In this document: piece by piece, positions 39,274 through 48,228 of the stretch
Layout: each line of letters begins with the position of its first letter
Position numbering within the stretch: the first letter of the stretch is position 1
Source of the DNA: Candidatus Methanomethylophilaceae archaeon
GTDB taxonomy: Archaea > Thermoplasmatota > Thermoplasmata > Methanomassiliicoccales > Methanomethylophilaceae
Reading direction: 5' to 3'
Length of the DNA: 64,000 bases
Assembly (NCBI GenBank): GCA_944320495.1
Contig: CALUHR010000013.1
Coordinates: 64,001 to 128,000 of the forward strand
Notes under the pieces: generated by a model
What the model was told of the DNA's origin: nothing
Seen by the model: only the letters and a program-made list of their open reading frames with translations
The model's database searches: none
Position numbers and translations under genes: made by a program

Positions 39274-40784
39274 TTCCTGACGTTCATGTTGGAGACCCTC
39301 TTGATGAGCATCCCCTCGATGTCTATCGGCGGATACTTGATCGCGGTCTCCCTGGCGCGCCTCAGCTTGGCCTCGTTGTCGGCGTAGATCGTCATGAGGA
39401 CGTCCCCGGCCTCGACCCTCTGACCCTTCTTCTTGTAGATCATCAGGCCGGCACCCTTGTCGTTCGGCGCGCCGGCGGCCTTCGCGATCGCGACGACGTC
39501 CTTGTTGTGGATCGCATGGATGTATCCGGACTTGGACGCCACGATGTCCTCGCTGAACTGCCCGGGCTTCAGGTCCTCGGACTTCAGCTCGGGGCTTCCG
39601 CCCTGGGCGACGACGATCTCCATGAACTTCCTGTGGGCGGCGCCGGACTCCAGGATCTCCCTGGCCTTGGCGGCCCCTCCCGGGATCCCGGCCATGTCCA
39701 GGATGATGCCGGCGCAGTCGCAGGCCTTCTCGATGACGCTTGCCGGGTGCTTCGCTCCCTCCAGGATCGAGATGCACTCCCTCGCCTCGAGGTTGGGTCC
39801 GACGGCGTTGCCGACGGGCTGGTCGGCGTAGGTGATGGCGCACTCGGTGTGGATGCCCAACTTCTCGCCCAGGTCCATCATGTCCCTGGCATAGACACGG
39901 GCGTCCTCGATCGTCGGCACCTTCGTGCCCGTCCCGGTGGGTATGTCCACCAGAAGGTAGTTGGCGCCGATGGCGAGCTTCTTGCTCATGATGGACGCGA
40001 GCATCTGCGCCCTGGGGTTGATGCCGAGCGGGTGCTCTATCTTGATGACGATGTCGTCCACGGGGGCGATGTTCATCCCGCCTCCCCAGGCGAACACGCC
40101 TCCGACCTCCTCGGAGATCCTCTTGAGGCTGGGTCCGTCGAGCTCGACGTCGCAGAACGTCTCCACGAAGTCGGACGTCCCGCAGGCGCTGCTGATGGCC
40201 CTGGACGAGGTCTTCGGGATCATGACGCCGGCGGCCGCCACGATGGAGACCACGATGGGCGTGATCTTGTTCCCGGGGACGCCTCCGAAGCTGTGGAAGT
40301 CGAAGACAGGCTGCCTGTCGAAGGCGATGATGTCACCGGTGTGGGCCATCGATTTGGTGAAGTCGGCGATCTCGTCGATGTCCATGCCGTTGATGTACAG
40401 CGACGTCAGCCAGGCGGACACCTCGATCTTGGAGAGCTTGTTGTCCAGGATGTCGTTGACGATGGACTCGATCTCCTCGCGGGACAGCTTCTCGCCGTCC
40501 ATCTTCCTGCGGATGGAGCGGACGGAGTCCGGCTTGCTGGAGTAGATGACCTCCACCTCGTCCCCCTCGCGGACGGCGCAGCGCTCCATCACCGGGCCGG
40601 GCATCATGACGACGCCCCTCTCGACGAGGGTGTCCGAGCACGTGACCAGGGCGACGGCGCTCCTCGGACCGGAGATGGAGACGCGGTCGTTCTCCTTCAC
40701 ACCGATGGCGGCCGCGTCGTCCTCGTGGATCAGCACAAGGGGCTCTGCGGCATCGAGGTCGTAGTAGCGTGCGATGAGCTTCAT
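39270..40784 (-). CDS. AMP phosphorylase (thymidine phosphorylase family)
   Basis: N-terminal double-psi barrel, 'HSFGGVPGNK', 'IPKTSSRAISSACGT.D', 'SIMSKK', 'QPVG.AVGP.LEA', 'AGAP.DKGAG'. Confidence 0.95.
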   Translation of the reverse strand: MKLIARYYDLDAAEPLVLIHEDDAAAIGVKENDRVSISGPRSAVALVTCSDTLVERGVVMMPGPVMERCAVREGDEVEVIYSSKPDSVRSIRRKMDGEKLSREEIESIVNDILDNKLSKIEVSAWLTSLYINGMDIDEIADFTKSMAHTGDIIAFDRQPVFDFHSFGGVPGNKITPIVVSIVAAAGVMIPKTSSRAISSACGTSDFVETFCDVELDGPSLKRISEEVGGVFAWGGGMNIAPVDDIVIKIEHPLGINPRAQMLASIMSKKLAIGANYLLVDIPTGTGTKVPTIEDARVYARDMMDLGEKLGIHTECAITYADQPVGNAVGPNLEARECISILEGAKHPASVIEKACDCAGIILDMAGIPGGAAKAREILESGAAHRKFMEIVVAQGGSPELKSEDLKPGQFSEDIVASKSGYIHAIHNKDVVAIAKAAGAPNDKGAGLMIYKKKGQRVEAGDVLMTIYADNEAKLRRARETAIKYPPIDIEGMLIKRVSNMNVRK

Positions 40785-42016
40785 GCGGATCCCCACTTGT
40801 CGAGAGCGGCCCTGAGCTCGGGGTGCGTCTCCGCGTACTCCGCCGCGGGGATGCCCTCGAACGCGGCATCCACCGCCTGGCTCATCCCCATCGCACCGGC
40901 GCGGACGCCGCCGGGATGGCCGGCCACGCCGCCTCCCGCCTGGATCTGCACGTTCATGCCGGAGCGCCTGATGATCTCCCCGACCAGTCCGGGATGGACA
41001 CCACCGGAGCACACGGGCATGACCGCCTTGTAGGGCACGTCGTCCCCTAGGCACGCGCGGAGGTTGCTGTCATCGTGGGCCCCCGCGGACATCTTGCCGA
41101 CGCCGAGCGTGCCGATGTGGAGGGCGTCCCCGCCCACCATGCGGACCAGCTTGGTCAGGGCGAGCATGTTCACGCCGTGGAGCGGGTCCTTGGTGAACGC
41201 CCCGTGCATCGTCCTGTGGACGTGTATGGGCACCTTTATGGACGGGTCCTCGGCCAGGGCCTGGAGGCATCCGTATCCGCAGGTGATCACGTCGATCATG
41301 ATCTCCCTGGCGCCCCACCCCTGCACCTTCTCGGCGAGCTCCAGGATGCGGTCGCTCCTGGTGCTGACGTTTACGGCGTGCATCATGTAGTGGCCCTCCT
41401 CCTCCAGGCGGTCGAGGGCCTCGGCCACCTTGACAGTCCTGTCCTCGATGGGGCAGAACGCCTGGTCCACCAGGGTCTCGTCGTCCTTGGAGTTGGTGAG
41501 CCCTCCGGACCCGGCCTCGTAGACGTACTCGGCCGTCTTCTCCGGAGAGAGCCCGATCTTCGGCTTCACGATGGTCCCGACCAGGGGCTTCTCGGGCCTG
41601 TGCAGGGCCTGCCTGATCCCCTCGGCCCCGAACTTGGGACCCTTGAACTGCTCCAGGATGCTCTTCGGGAAGGTCACGTCCTCCAGCCTGACGGCCTTGA
41701 GCGCGCCGAGGCCGAACAGGTTCCCGGCTATGACGCTGAGGATCTGGGGGACGGCGCCGTTCTCGATGCTGAAGTCCTCGGCGGGGAACTCGCAGGTGAC
41801 GATGTCCCCGTCGATCGAGGTTATCCTCGCGCCGAGGGTGTCGAAGATGCCGTGGTCCAGGGTGGAGATCCCGGTCCACGTGCCGGTGGACTGCTCCGCC
41901 GCGATGGCCTCCGCCGCCTTCTCCATCGGAAGGTCGGTGGTGACCCTGTATCTGCAAACGACGTTCCTGTCCGGGTCCTCGGGCTCCCCGAGGTGAAGGT
42001 AAGAATAGCTCTCCAT
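40781..42016 (-). CDS. rbcL: Form III ribulose-1,5-bisphosphate carboxylase
   Basis: 'EQSTGTW', 'GNLFG', 'GTIVKPKIGL', 'KDDE', 'HRTMHG', 'HIGT.GVGKM', 'SGG.HPG', 'QAGGG..GHP'. Confidence 0.93.
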   Translation of the reverse strand: MESYSYLHLGEPEDPDRNVVCRYRVTTDLPMEKAAEAIAAEQSTGTWTGISTLDHGIFDTLGARITSIDGDIVTCEFPAEDFSIENGAVPQILSVIAGNLFGLGALKAVRLEDVTFPKSILEQFKGPKFGAEGIRQALHRPEKPLVGTIVKPKIGLSPEKTAEYVYEAGSGGLTNSKDDETLVDQAFCPIEDRTVKVAEALDRLEEEGHYMMHAVNVSTRSDRILELAEKVQGWGAREIMIDVITCGYGCLQALAEDPSIKVPIHVHRTMHGAFTKDPLHGVNMLALTKLVRMVGGDALHIGTLGVGKMSAGAHDDSNLRACLGDDVPYKAVMPVCSGGVHPGLVGEIIRRSGMNVQIQAGGGVAGHPGGVRAGAMGMSQAVDAAFEGIPAAEYAETHPELRAALDKWGSA

Positions 42017-42021
42017 CGAAA

Positions 42022-42948
42022 TCGCTCCCTTGAGAATATCCCGTCGCCCAGCTGCCTCACCATGACGTCATACACCGAGCCGGGACTCATCATGCCCAGC
42101 TCCGTGACGATCGCGTCTATGTACGCGGCGGGGGTGCTGTCGAACACTGGATTGAATATCTTTACCGAGTCGCGGACCTCCCCGGGCCTCACGACCTCGG
42201 AGATTTCGCGCTCCTCTATGGTCACCGAATCGCCGAACATTGTCATCGGCGAGAACTTGTAGGTCTCGGCGCAGGCGTAGAGGTGCACCCTGGCCTCGTG
42301 GGCGGCCAGCGCAAGCTGGGACGTCCCGACCTTGTTGATGAGGGCCCCCTGGGACGTGACGGTGTCGGCACCCACGAACACCTTGTCGACCTTGCGCATC
42401 ACCGAGCGCACCGCGCTGTCGATGATCAGCGTGACGTCCACGCCGGCGTCGGCCAGGTCGTTGACCGTCAGGATGCCCTGCCTCCAGGGACGGGACTCGG
42501 TTGCGTACACCCTGATGTCCTTCCCCTGCCTGTGGGCCTCCTTGATGACGCCTAGGGCGGCGCTGCTGTTGCAGTGCGTCATGATGACATCGCCGTCCTG
42601 GATCCTGCGTGCTCCGATGCGGGCGATCTCCTCCACCGCCCTCTCGGACCTTTCGCAGAATGCCTTCGCGTTGGCCAAGACCAGCGACCTTGCCTCCTCG
42701 AGGGAGGATGCCTCGGACGCGCCCCTGACCGTGGCGTGCAGCCCGTTCCACAGCGAGACCGCGGTGGGCCTCGATGCGAGGATCGTGTCGCTCGCCCCCT
42801 TCAGATCGGCGAGGAACCCCTCCAGGGTCCCCCCGGTGTACGTGTCGGCGAAGTCGCCCAGCGCGGACGCTCCCGCCCTGGCGATCCTCCCGGCCCCGCG
42901 AATCCTCATGCTGCGGATCAGCTCCGCAGTCTCCTCCGCCGTGGTCAC
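42022..42948 (-). CDS. Ribose-1,5-bisphosphate isomerase (eIF2B-alpha-like; 308 aa with CGA stop 42024-42022)
   Basis: 'IRSMRIRGAGRIA', 'RPTAVSL.N', 'MTHCNS', 'ESRP..QG', 'VGADTV', 'NKVGT', 'NPVFD.TP'. GTG start at 42948 is inferred. Confidence 0.92.
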
Positions 42949-43192
42949 GATGGGGGTATCTCCGACTACCCCTATAAGGACGCGCAATGAGGCCTCGTGA
43001 ATGGACTGGAAATAAAATGCATACGATTGTCTGTGACCAATATGCTTATCCCATCGGCTGTCCATCAGAGATTGCATATATCGGAATCCACGGCCCTTCC
43101 GTTTGCGGATGTCGGGACCCGTGGATGATACACAACTAACACCGTGCATGAAACGTTGCAGTGACGTACGCCGTTGAAATACGATATCGGAG

Positions 43193-43666
43193 GTGGCTCG
43201 GATGACGGAGGATGAGACGATGTCTGAAGACGTGAACAGGCTGATTTCCGCGGTCTCCAAGGCGGCGGGACGCAGATTGGACCCCGACGTGTGGGAGGAC
43301 AGGCAAATCATGAATCATGGATGCCAGATCCTCAACAGGATGGGCCACTTCCCGAGGTTCGATTATGACAAGAATGTCTATGGTCCGTTCTCCTACGAAC
43401 TCAATGACCAGTTTAAAAGGGCGGGGATCGTAGATGACAGCCTCTGTGACATCCCTGTAGAGGACCTCGAGGTTCTCACCATGCTGCTTTCCAAGGGATT
43501 GGACTTCCTGATGGCTTACAACACATTGATTGCAGCATTCGGTTACAATCCGAACAAGAGCCATGAATCCATCAAGGAATGGATCGTGGGAAATGAGCCC
43601 GAATACAAGCGCTATTACGATGAGGCCTTCGAATGGCTGTCAGCTACATCGACACCTGCTATCTGA
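43193..43666 (+). CDS. Putative antitoxin / hypothetical protein (possible DUF4065/Panacea-like 'YGPFS.EL' motif)
   Basis: Directly upstream of, and overlapping, a PIN gene; '...YGPFSYELND'. Start may be ATG 43220. More A/T-ending codons than the core genes. Confidence 0.55.
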   Translation: MARMTEDETMSEDVNRLISAVSKAAGRRLDPDVWEDRQIMNHGCQILNRMGHFPRFDYDKNVYGPFSYELNDQFKRAGIVDDSLCDIPVEDLEVLTMLLSKGLDFLMAYNTLIAAFGYNPNKSHESIKEWIVGNEPEYKRYYDEAFEWLSATSTPAI

Positions 43667-44157
43667 TTGCGTTGATAGACCCGACGGACAAGATGCGTTC
43701 GGAGGCCAAGATAGGCCGTGGAAGGGCTGAGAGCATCGTAGGGAACCTCAGATCGTTGAAAGTCCCTCTGCCTGCTTACAGCGAAGCAATCTGCAAAACC
43801 GGGGACTACTATCAGAAAGACAGAGATGCACGCCTGAGACTCTACGAGGAACTGGATCGCCTGAGGAGCAGGGGATTCGTCGAAGTGGAGTACATCAAAG
43901 ACCCAGAGACGCTGAGGCTCGCTTCGGAGATGGCAAGATCACGTACGGATGAACGTGACAAGATGTCGATCATGGATTCCCTGATCATCGCGACGGCGAC
44001 GTCCGATCCGGAATGCAGGACGTTCTACACCACCGATGACAAGTGCCTCCATAACAGCGAAGTCTGGGAGTTGAGCAGAGAGTTCAGGGAGAGACACGAG
44101 TTCGACAACGCGTCGATCTCCGTCCAGATGCTGTGGAAGACCAGAGCCTCTGCGTGA
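43633..44157 (+). CDS. PIN-domain (VapC-like) toxin
   Basis: 'YIDTCYLIAL....D', 'E', 'MSIMDSLIIATA', 'FYTTD': the PIN acidic residue set. Confidence 0.8.
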   Translation: MAVSYIDTCYLIALIDPTDKMRSEAKIGRGRAESIVGNLRSLKVPLPAYSEAICKTGDYYQKDRDARLRLYEELDRLRSRGFVEVEYIKDPETLRLASEMARSRTDERDKMSIMDSLIIATATSDPECRTFYTTDDKCLHNSEVWELSREFRERHEFDNASISVQMLWKTRASA

Positions 44158-44658
44158 TTCAAACATAGTACCCAACATCGAGATCTTCCACGGCTCGATG
44201 TGACAGTACCCCCCTGGGTTCCTGTCCAGGTACCTCTGGTGGTACTCCTCGGCCCTCGCCCACTGGGTGAGCGGTCCGCACTCGACATGGAACTCCGGAT
44301 ACCTCGGGGCCTCCCTCGAGAGGACATCTATCACCGTCCCCTCGGACTGGAGATCGGACCAGTAGACCCCGGTCTGGTACTGTATGCCGACGTCGTTCCC
44401 CTGGCGCCTCTCCTGAGTCGGGTCTATCAGGAACAGGAACACCTCCAGGAGGTCCTCCAGGCTCAGGGCCGAGGGATCGTACTCGACGCGCACCGCCTCC
44501 CGGTACCCGAACCTCCCCGAGCACACGAGCATGTAGTCCGGGATGTAGTGGGGGTCGCCATTGGCGTAGCCGCATTCGGTGGAGAGGATCCCGGGGATGT
44601 CCTCCAGCGCCCTCTCCAGGCCCCAGAAGCATCCGCCCGCGAGATGTATGACGCTCAA
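44113..44658 (-). CDS. msrA: Peptide methionine sulfoxide reductase A
   Basis: 'LAGGCFWG.E', 'GYANG', 'EAV.V.YDP', 'RQGND.G.QY.TG.Y', 'AEEYHQ.YL..NP.GYCH'. TTG start overlaps the thyX stop. The first CGA is 44115-44113; the 3' end is less certain. Confidence 0.88.
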
Positions 44659-45311
44659 GGGCGCCTCGGATGTCCGCAGGACTTCTTGCCCTCGGGGCAG
44701 GGACCCCTGACGCACGCCGGACCGGCGTTCGCGAATATCACGGGGGACACCTCCTTGCAGAGCTCCAGCATCCTGTCCGCCATCTCGCGGATCTCCCACT
44801 GGGCCCTGTTGCAGCACCTCAGCGAGAAGAAGTGCAGCAGCTCGCGGGCGTTCATCGTGATCGTGATGTTCGTGGTGCATCCGTTCGGAAGGAGGTACCT
44901 GGCATCCTCCGCCGGGATCCCCATCTCCTCCAGCTTCGAGTAGGCATCCCAGATGGCGTCCATGGTCTGGTCGAAGACCCTCAGCGCCTCGGGGTCCGCC
45001 TCCACCGTGTGGGGCGTCACGAAGGACGGCTCCTTCAGGGACACGTACCTCTGGCTCTGCTGGGAGAACGAGGCTATCCTATGCCTCACCAGCTGGTGGG
45101 TGAGCGCGCGGGAGACGCCGCTGACCGAGAACGTGAACGTGGCGTGCTCCACCACGGACAGGTGGCCCATCCCGACGATGCGGGAGAGCGTCCTCTCCGG
45201 GTCGATGTCCTCCATGATCTCGTACGACGGATGCTCCGAATAGCACGAGTTGCCCGCCGATGCGCATATCCTGTCTGCGTCCCTTGTGTATGCCAGAAGC
45301 TCGACCCTCAT
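44655..45311 (-). CDS. thyX: FAD-dependent thymidylate synthase
   Basis: 'GHLSVVEH', 'SRALTHQLVRHR.ASFSQQSQRY', 'EDARYLLP', 'N.RELLHF..LR....AQWEIR'. Confidence 0.96.
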   Translation of the reverse strand: MRVELLAYTRDADRICASAGNSCYSEHPSYEIMEDIDPERTLSRIVGMGHLSVVEHATFTFSVSGVSRALTHQLVRHRIASFSQQSQRYVSLKEPSFVTPHTVEADPEALRVFDQTMDAIWDAYSKLEEMGIPAEDARYLLPNGCTTNITITMNARELLHFFSLRCCNRAQWEIREMADRMLELCKEVSPVIFANAGPACVRGPCPEGKKSCGHPRRP

Positions 45312-46042
45312 TCCTGTCCCCCCTTCCAGATCATGTCGCGGACCCTGTCCATCCTCTCGCGGTCCATGAGGTCCGCCAGGCGCACCTTGCGCACCTGGGC
45401 GTCGCCCAACAGCCTGCAGATGCCCTCCACGTGCGCGTCCCCGACGATCACGACCATGTTGGAGTGCGTCTTGGCGGCCTCCAGGATCTGCTCGGCCATG
45501 TGCTGGTTGCGCTCGTCGATGAGCTTCCTCACCAGCGTTGGGTACTTCCGGCGCATGCCCTCGATGTAGGCCTCCTCGTTGTCGGCGAAGCTCCTCTGCA
45601 CGCTGGCGACCTTGCGCTTGCCACCGATGTTGTCCGAGATGCCGGAGAGGCGGTAACGTATGCGCTCCTTTGTGGACATCTCCCTCCACATCTCGTCCAT
45701 CACGCGCATGGCGTCCGTGTCAATCGGGATAATCTCGGCGCCCGCGAGCCTGCCGGCGTTCACCGCGGCGAGGAACTCCCCTCCGAGCTGCGCACCGTGC
45801 TCCTCGGACATGCGCTGCTGGTACCTCGCGGTCTGCATGTAGATGGGTGACGGCTCCGGGCCGTCGCCCGACGGTTCCTTCCCCTCGGCCTCGCGGGTCA
45901 TGGCGTTGAGCCTGCCCACATCCAGCTCCAGGAGGACCGCGTCCGGCCAAGTGTTCTTGACGATGAAGGCCACGGGCTCCGCCAGGTTGAACACGTGCCC
46001 GGTGCCCACGATCGTGATCATGGTCCGGGGATGCTCAGACAT
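45308..46042 (-). CDS. TraB/GumN family protein
   Basis: 'IVGTGHV', 'PDAVLLELD..R', 'GGEF.AA', 'IPID', 'L..ERN..MA', 'V.IVGDAH..G'. Start 46042 or 46021. Confidence 0.85.
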   Translation of the reverse strand: MSEHPRTMITIVGTGHVFNLAEPVAFIVKNTWPDAVLLELDVGRLNAMTREAEGKEPSGDGPEPSPIYMQTARYQQRMSEEHGAQLGGEFLAAVNAGRLAGAEIIPIDTDAMRVMDEMWREMSTKERIRYRLSGISDNIGGKRKVASVQRSFADNEEAYIEGMRRKYPTLVRKLIDERNQHMAEQILEAAKTHSNMVVIVGDAHVEGICRLLGDAQVRKVRLADLMDRERMDRVRDMIWKGGQE

Positions 46043-46070
46043 ATTAAAGAAAGAATGGATAGGGCGCAGC

Positions 46071-46730
46071 ATGCGCAAGTACGACCTCGTCTGCTTCGAC
46101 ATGGACGGAACCCTCACCACCGTACGCAGCTCCTGGAGATGGATCCACGACTACCTGGGCGTGGACAACGAGCCGTCCTATCAGGCGTTCATCAACGGGG
46201 AGATAGACGAGAACGAGTTCATGCGCAGGGACATCCACCTCTGGATGGAGAACAGGCCCGGGATCACCATCGGCGACATCGCCCACATCTTCCAGACCCT
46301 GCCACTGATCGGCGGAATACAGGAGACCGTCGCCTGCCTCAAGGACAACGGAATCGCCTGCGTCATCGTCAGCGGTGGGATCGACATCGCCGCGAAGATG
46401 CTCGCGGACGAGTTCGGCTTCGACGAGTACATCGCGGACAGCCTCGAGACCGATTCCGAGGGCAGGCTCACCGGCGAGGGTATCAGGAACCTGAACCTCC
46501 GCGACAAGGGGATCAACGTCAGAGGGTACATCGAGAAGTACTTCACGACCCCCGAGCGCACCGTGTCCATCGGCAACTCGTACACGGACATACCGATGTT
46601 CCAGAACTCCGGACTCTCCATCGCGTTCAACCCGACGGACGAGTACACATCGGAAGCGGCCACGCACACCGTGAACTCGGACAACATCGCGGACGTCCTC
46701 GACTTCATCATCGGGGACGGCGAGGAGCGA
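46071..46730 (+). CDS. HAD-family phosphoserine phosphatase-like hydrolase
   Basis: 'FDMDGTL', 'IVSGG', 'DKG', 'IGNSYTD'. Ends CGA(46728-46730)-TCG-TGA. Confidence 0.88.
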
Positions 46731-46872
46731 TCGTGAACTGATAGCACATCAGGATTGTGTAATGGCATTCGATTAATTTCGTATTGCCATTATGCAAGGA
46801 CGATGCAATCGGATACAGAACAATAATCTCAGAAGGTAATCGGTTTTGAGGAGGGGGAGGTCCCCCTCTCGT

Positions 46873-47553
46873 TCACTCGTCGTAGTCCTCGTCGTCATCG
46901 TCGAGGATGTAGTCCGACTCGTCGAACTCCTCATCCAGGTCGAGGACGTCGTAGGTCTTCTTGCGGATCTTTCCGTAGATCCTGGTGATGTCCCTTGCCT
47001 CGGCGGAACCGTGCCTGACCAGGCTGTGCTTGGTCTTGATGGCGTGGATCATGCAGTCGAAGTCCTCGAACTTCAGCATGGATCCGACGACGAACTCGTC
47101 GTCAGGCTCGGCCTGGACCCTGAGCGGGTAGGTCTTCCGGTTGTCGTTGACGGAGACCTTGACACTCAGGACGTCGAACCTCTTGACCCACAGCTTCTTG
47201 ATGTCCGTGGCCACGCACTTCTTCACCCTGCGGCCGTCCGCGACCTCGATGTAGGTGACGCAGACTCTCCTGCCGTCGTCCATCTCGAACTCGTCGTCGA
47301 TCTGGACCAGGTCGTTGCTCTCGAGGGTCGTGGATGTGGGCTCCGATACGTCCCCGTCGCTGTAGATAACGGGGACGGTGATGATCTCTGGGATCCGGAT
47401 GGTCTCCGAGGTCACCTTGCCGCACTCGTTGCATCTGAACGTGCCCTCCAGGGTGGCCTTACCCATCCTTCCCTTCAGTATCTGGTGCTCCGTCTCCTCC
47501 CCGCAATCGGAGCAGACGTAGACGATGGTGTCCGGCATCTCTCTCTGGATCAT
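46873..47553 (-). CDS. Archaeal zinc-finger protein (HVO_0476-like)
   Basis: 'CSDCG.ET.H.ILK', 'C.ECG', 'VSVN', 'F.VG', 'A.DI.RIYG'; acidic C-terminal tail. Confidence 0.72.
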   Translation of the reverse strand: MIQREMPDTIVYVCSDCGEETEHQILKGRMGKATLEGTFRCNECGKVTSETIRIPEIITVPVIYSDGDVSEPTSTTLESNDLVQIDDEFEMDDGRRVCVTYIEVADGRRVKKCVATDIKKLWVKRFDVLSVKVSVNDNRKTYPLRVQAEPDDEFVVGSMLKFEDFDCMIHAIKTKHSLVRHGSAEARDITRIYGKIRKKTYDVLDLDEEFDESDYILDDDDEDYDE

Positions 47554-47614
47554 GTTTGGACCGTCCTCTGGTTCTTCGTGCGTAGTTGCCTACCGCCTTT
47601 AACCTTTCTATCGG

Positions 47615-48190
47615 TCACCCGACAATGAACGGCGCCCCGTGGCCCGGGACCACGACGTCGGCGAACCTCTCGACCCTACGCATGCTCTCCATCGCGAGGT
47701 CGCGGTCGGTGTTGATCGCCGGGGGTTTGCCCTCCTTGAGGTTGTCCTGCAGGGGGACGGTGTCGCCGGCGATGGCGTAATGTCTGTCGGCCTCGACGAA
47801 CACGCTGCACTCCTCCGGGCAGTGGCCCGGCGTGTGCACCATCCTTACGCCGGGGCATATCTCGTACTCATCGGCGTCGATGACCTCGGCACCCTCAATC
47901 TCGACGTCCGAGCCGGAGTGGATCAGCACCCTCGCCTTCTTGTAGCGTTTGAGGTTGCCTGCGTGGTCCCCGTGGGCGTGCGTGAGGACGATGGTGTCGA
48001 CGTCCTCCGGGAAGATGCCTATCTGCCTGAACGAGGTCTTCACGGCGGGCCACATGTAGGGCGTGCTGGTGTCCACGACTATGTTGCGGCCGTCCGCGCG
48101 GATGAGTGTGGAGGTCGAATGGGCCTCCAGGATGGAGCCGTCCTCACCGCGCTCGAGGGACCCGATGCACAGGACGTCGAGTTGGATCAT
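47615..48190 (-). CDS. MBL-fold metallo-hydrolase
   Basis: 'VVDT', 'THAHGDHAGN', 'HTPGH', 'IAGD', 'VPGHG'. Confidence 0.9.
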   Translation of the reverse strand: MIQLDVLCIGSLERGEDGSILEAHSTSTLIRADGRNIVVDTSTPYMWPAVKTSFRQIGIFPEDVDTIVLTHAHGDHAGNLKRYKKARVLIHSGSDVEIEGAEVIDADEYEICPGVRMVHTPGHCPEECSVFVEADRHYAIAGDTVPLQDNLKEGKPPAINTDRDLAMESMRRVERFADVVVPGHGAPFIVG

Positions 48191-48228
48191 GCCCCGCTAT
48201 CATGATTCGTGGTTTAACAATTTTCGAG

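Noticed and set aside
40781-42016. RuBisCO-like protein (form IV) of methionine salvage
   Set aside because: It retains the EQSTGTW, KPK, KDDE, HR, GK (loop 6), SGG and GGG motifs and is flanked by AMP phosphorylase and R15P isomerase.
46851-46868. GAGGGGGA/TCCCCCTC hairpin as an intrinsic terminator
   Set aside because: The loop is only 2 nt and there is no U-tract downstream on either strand, so it was not listed as a feature.
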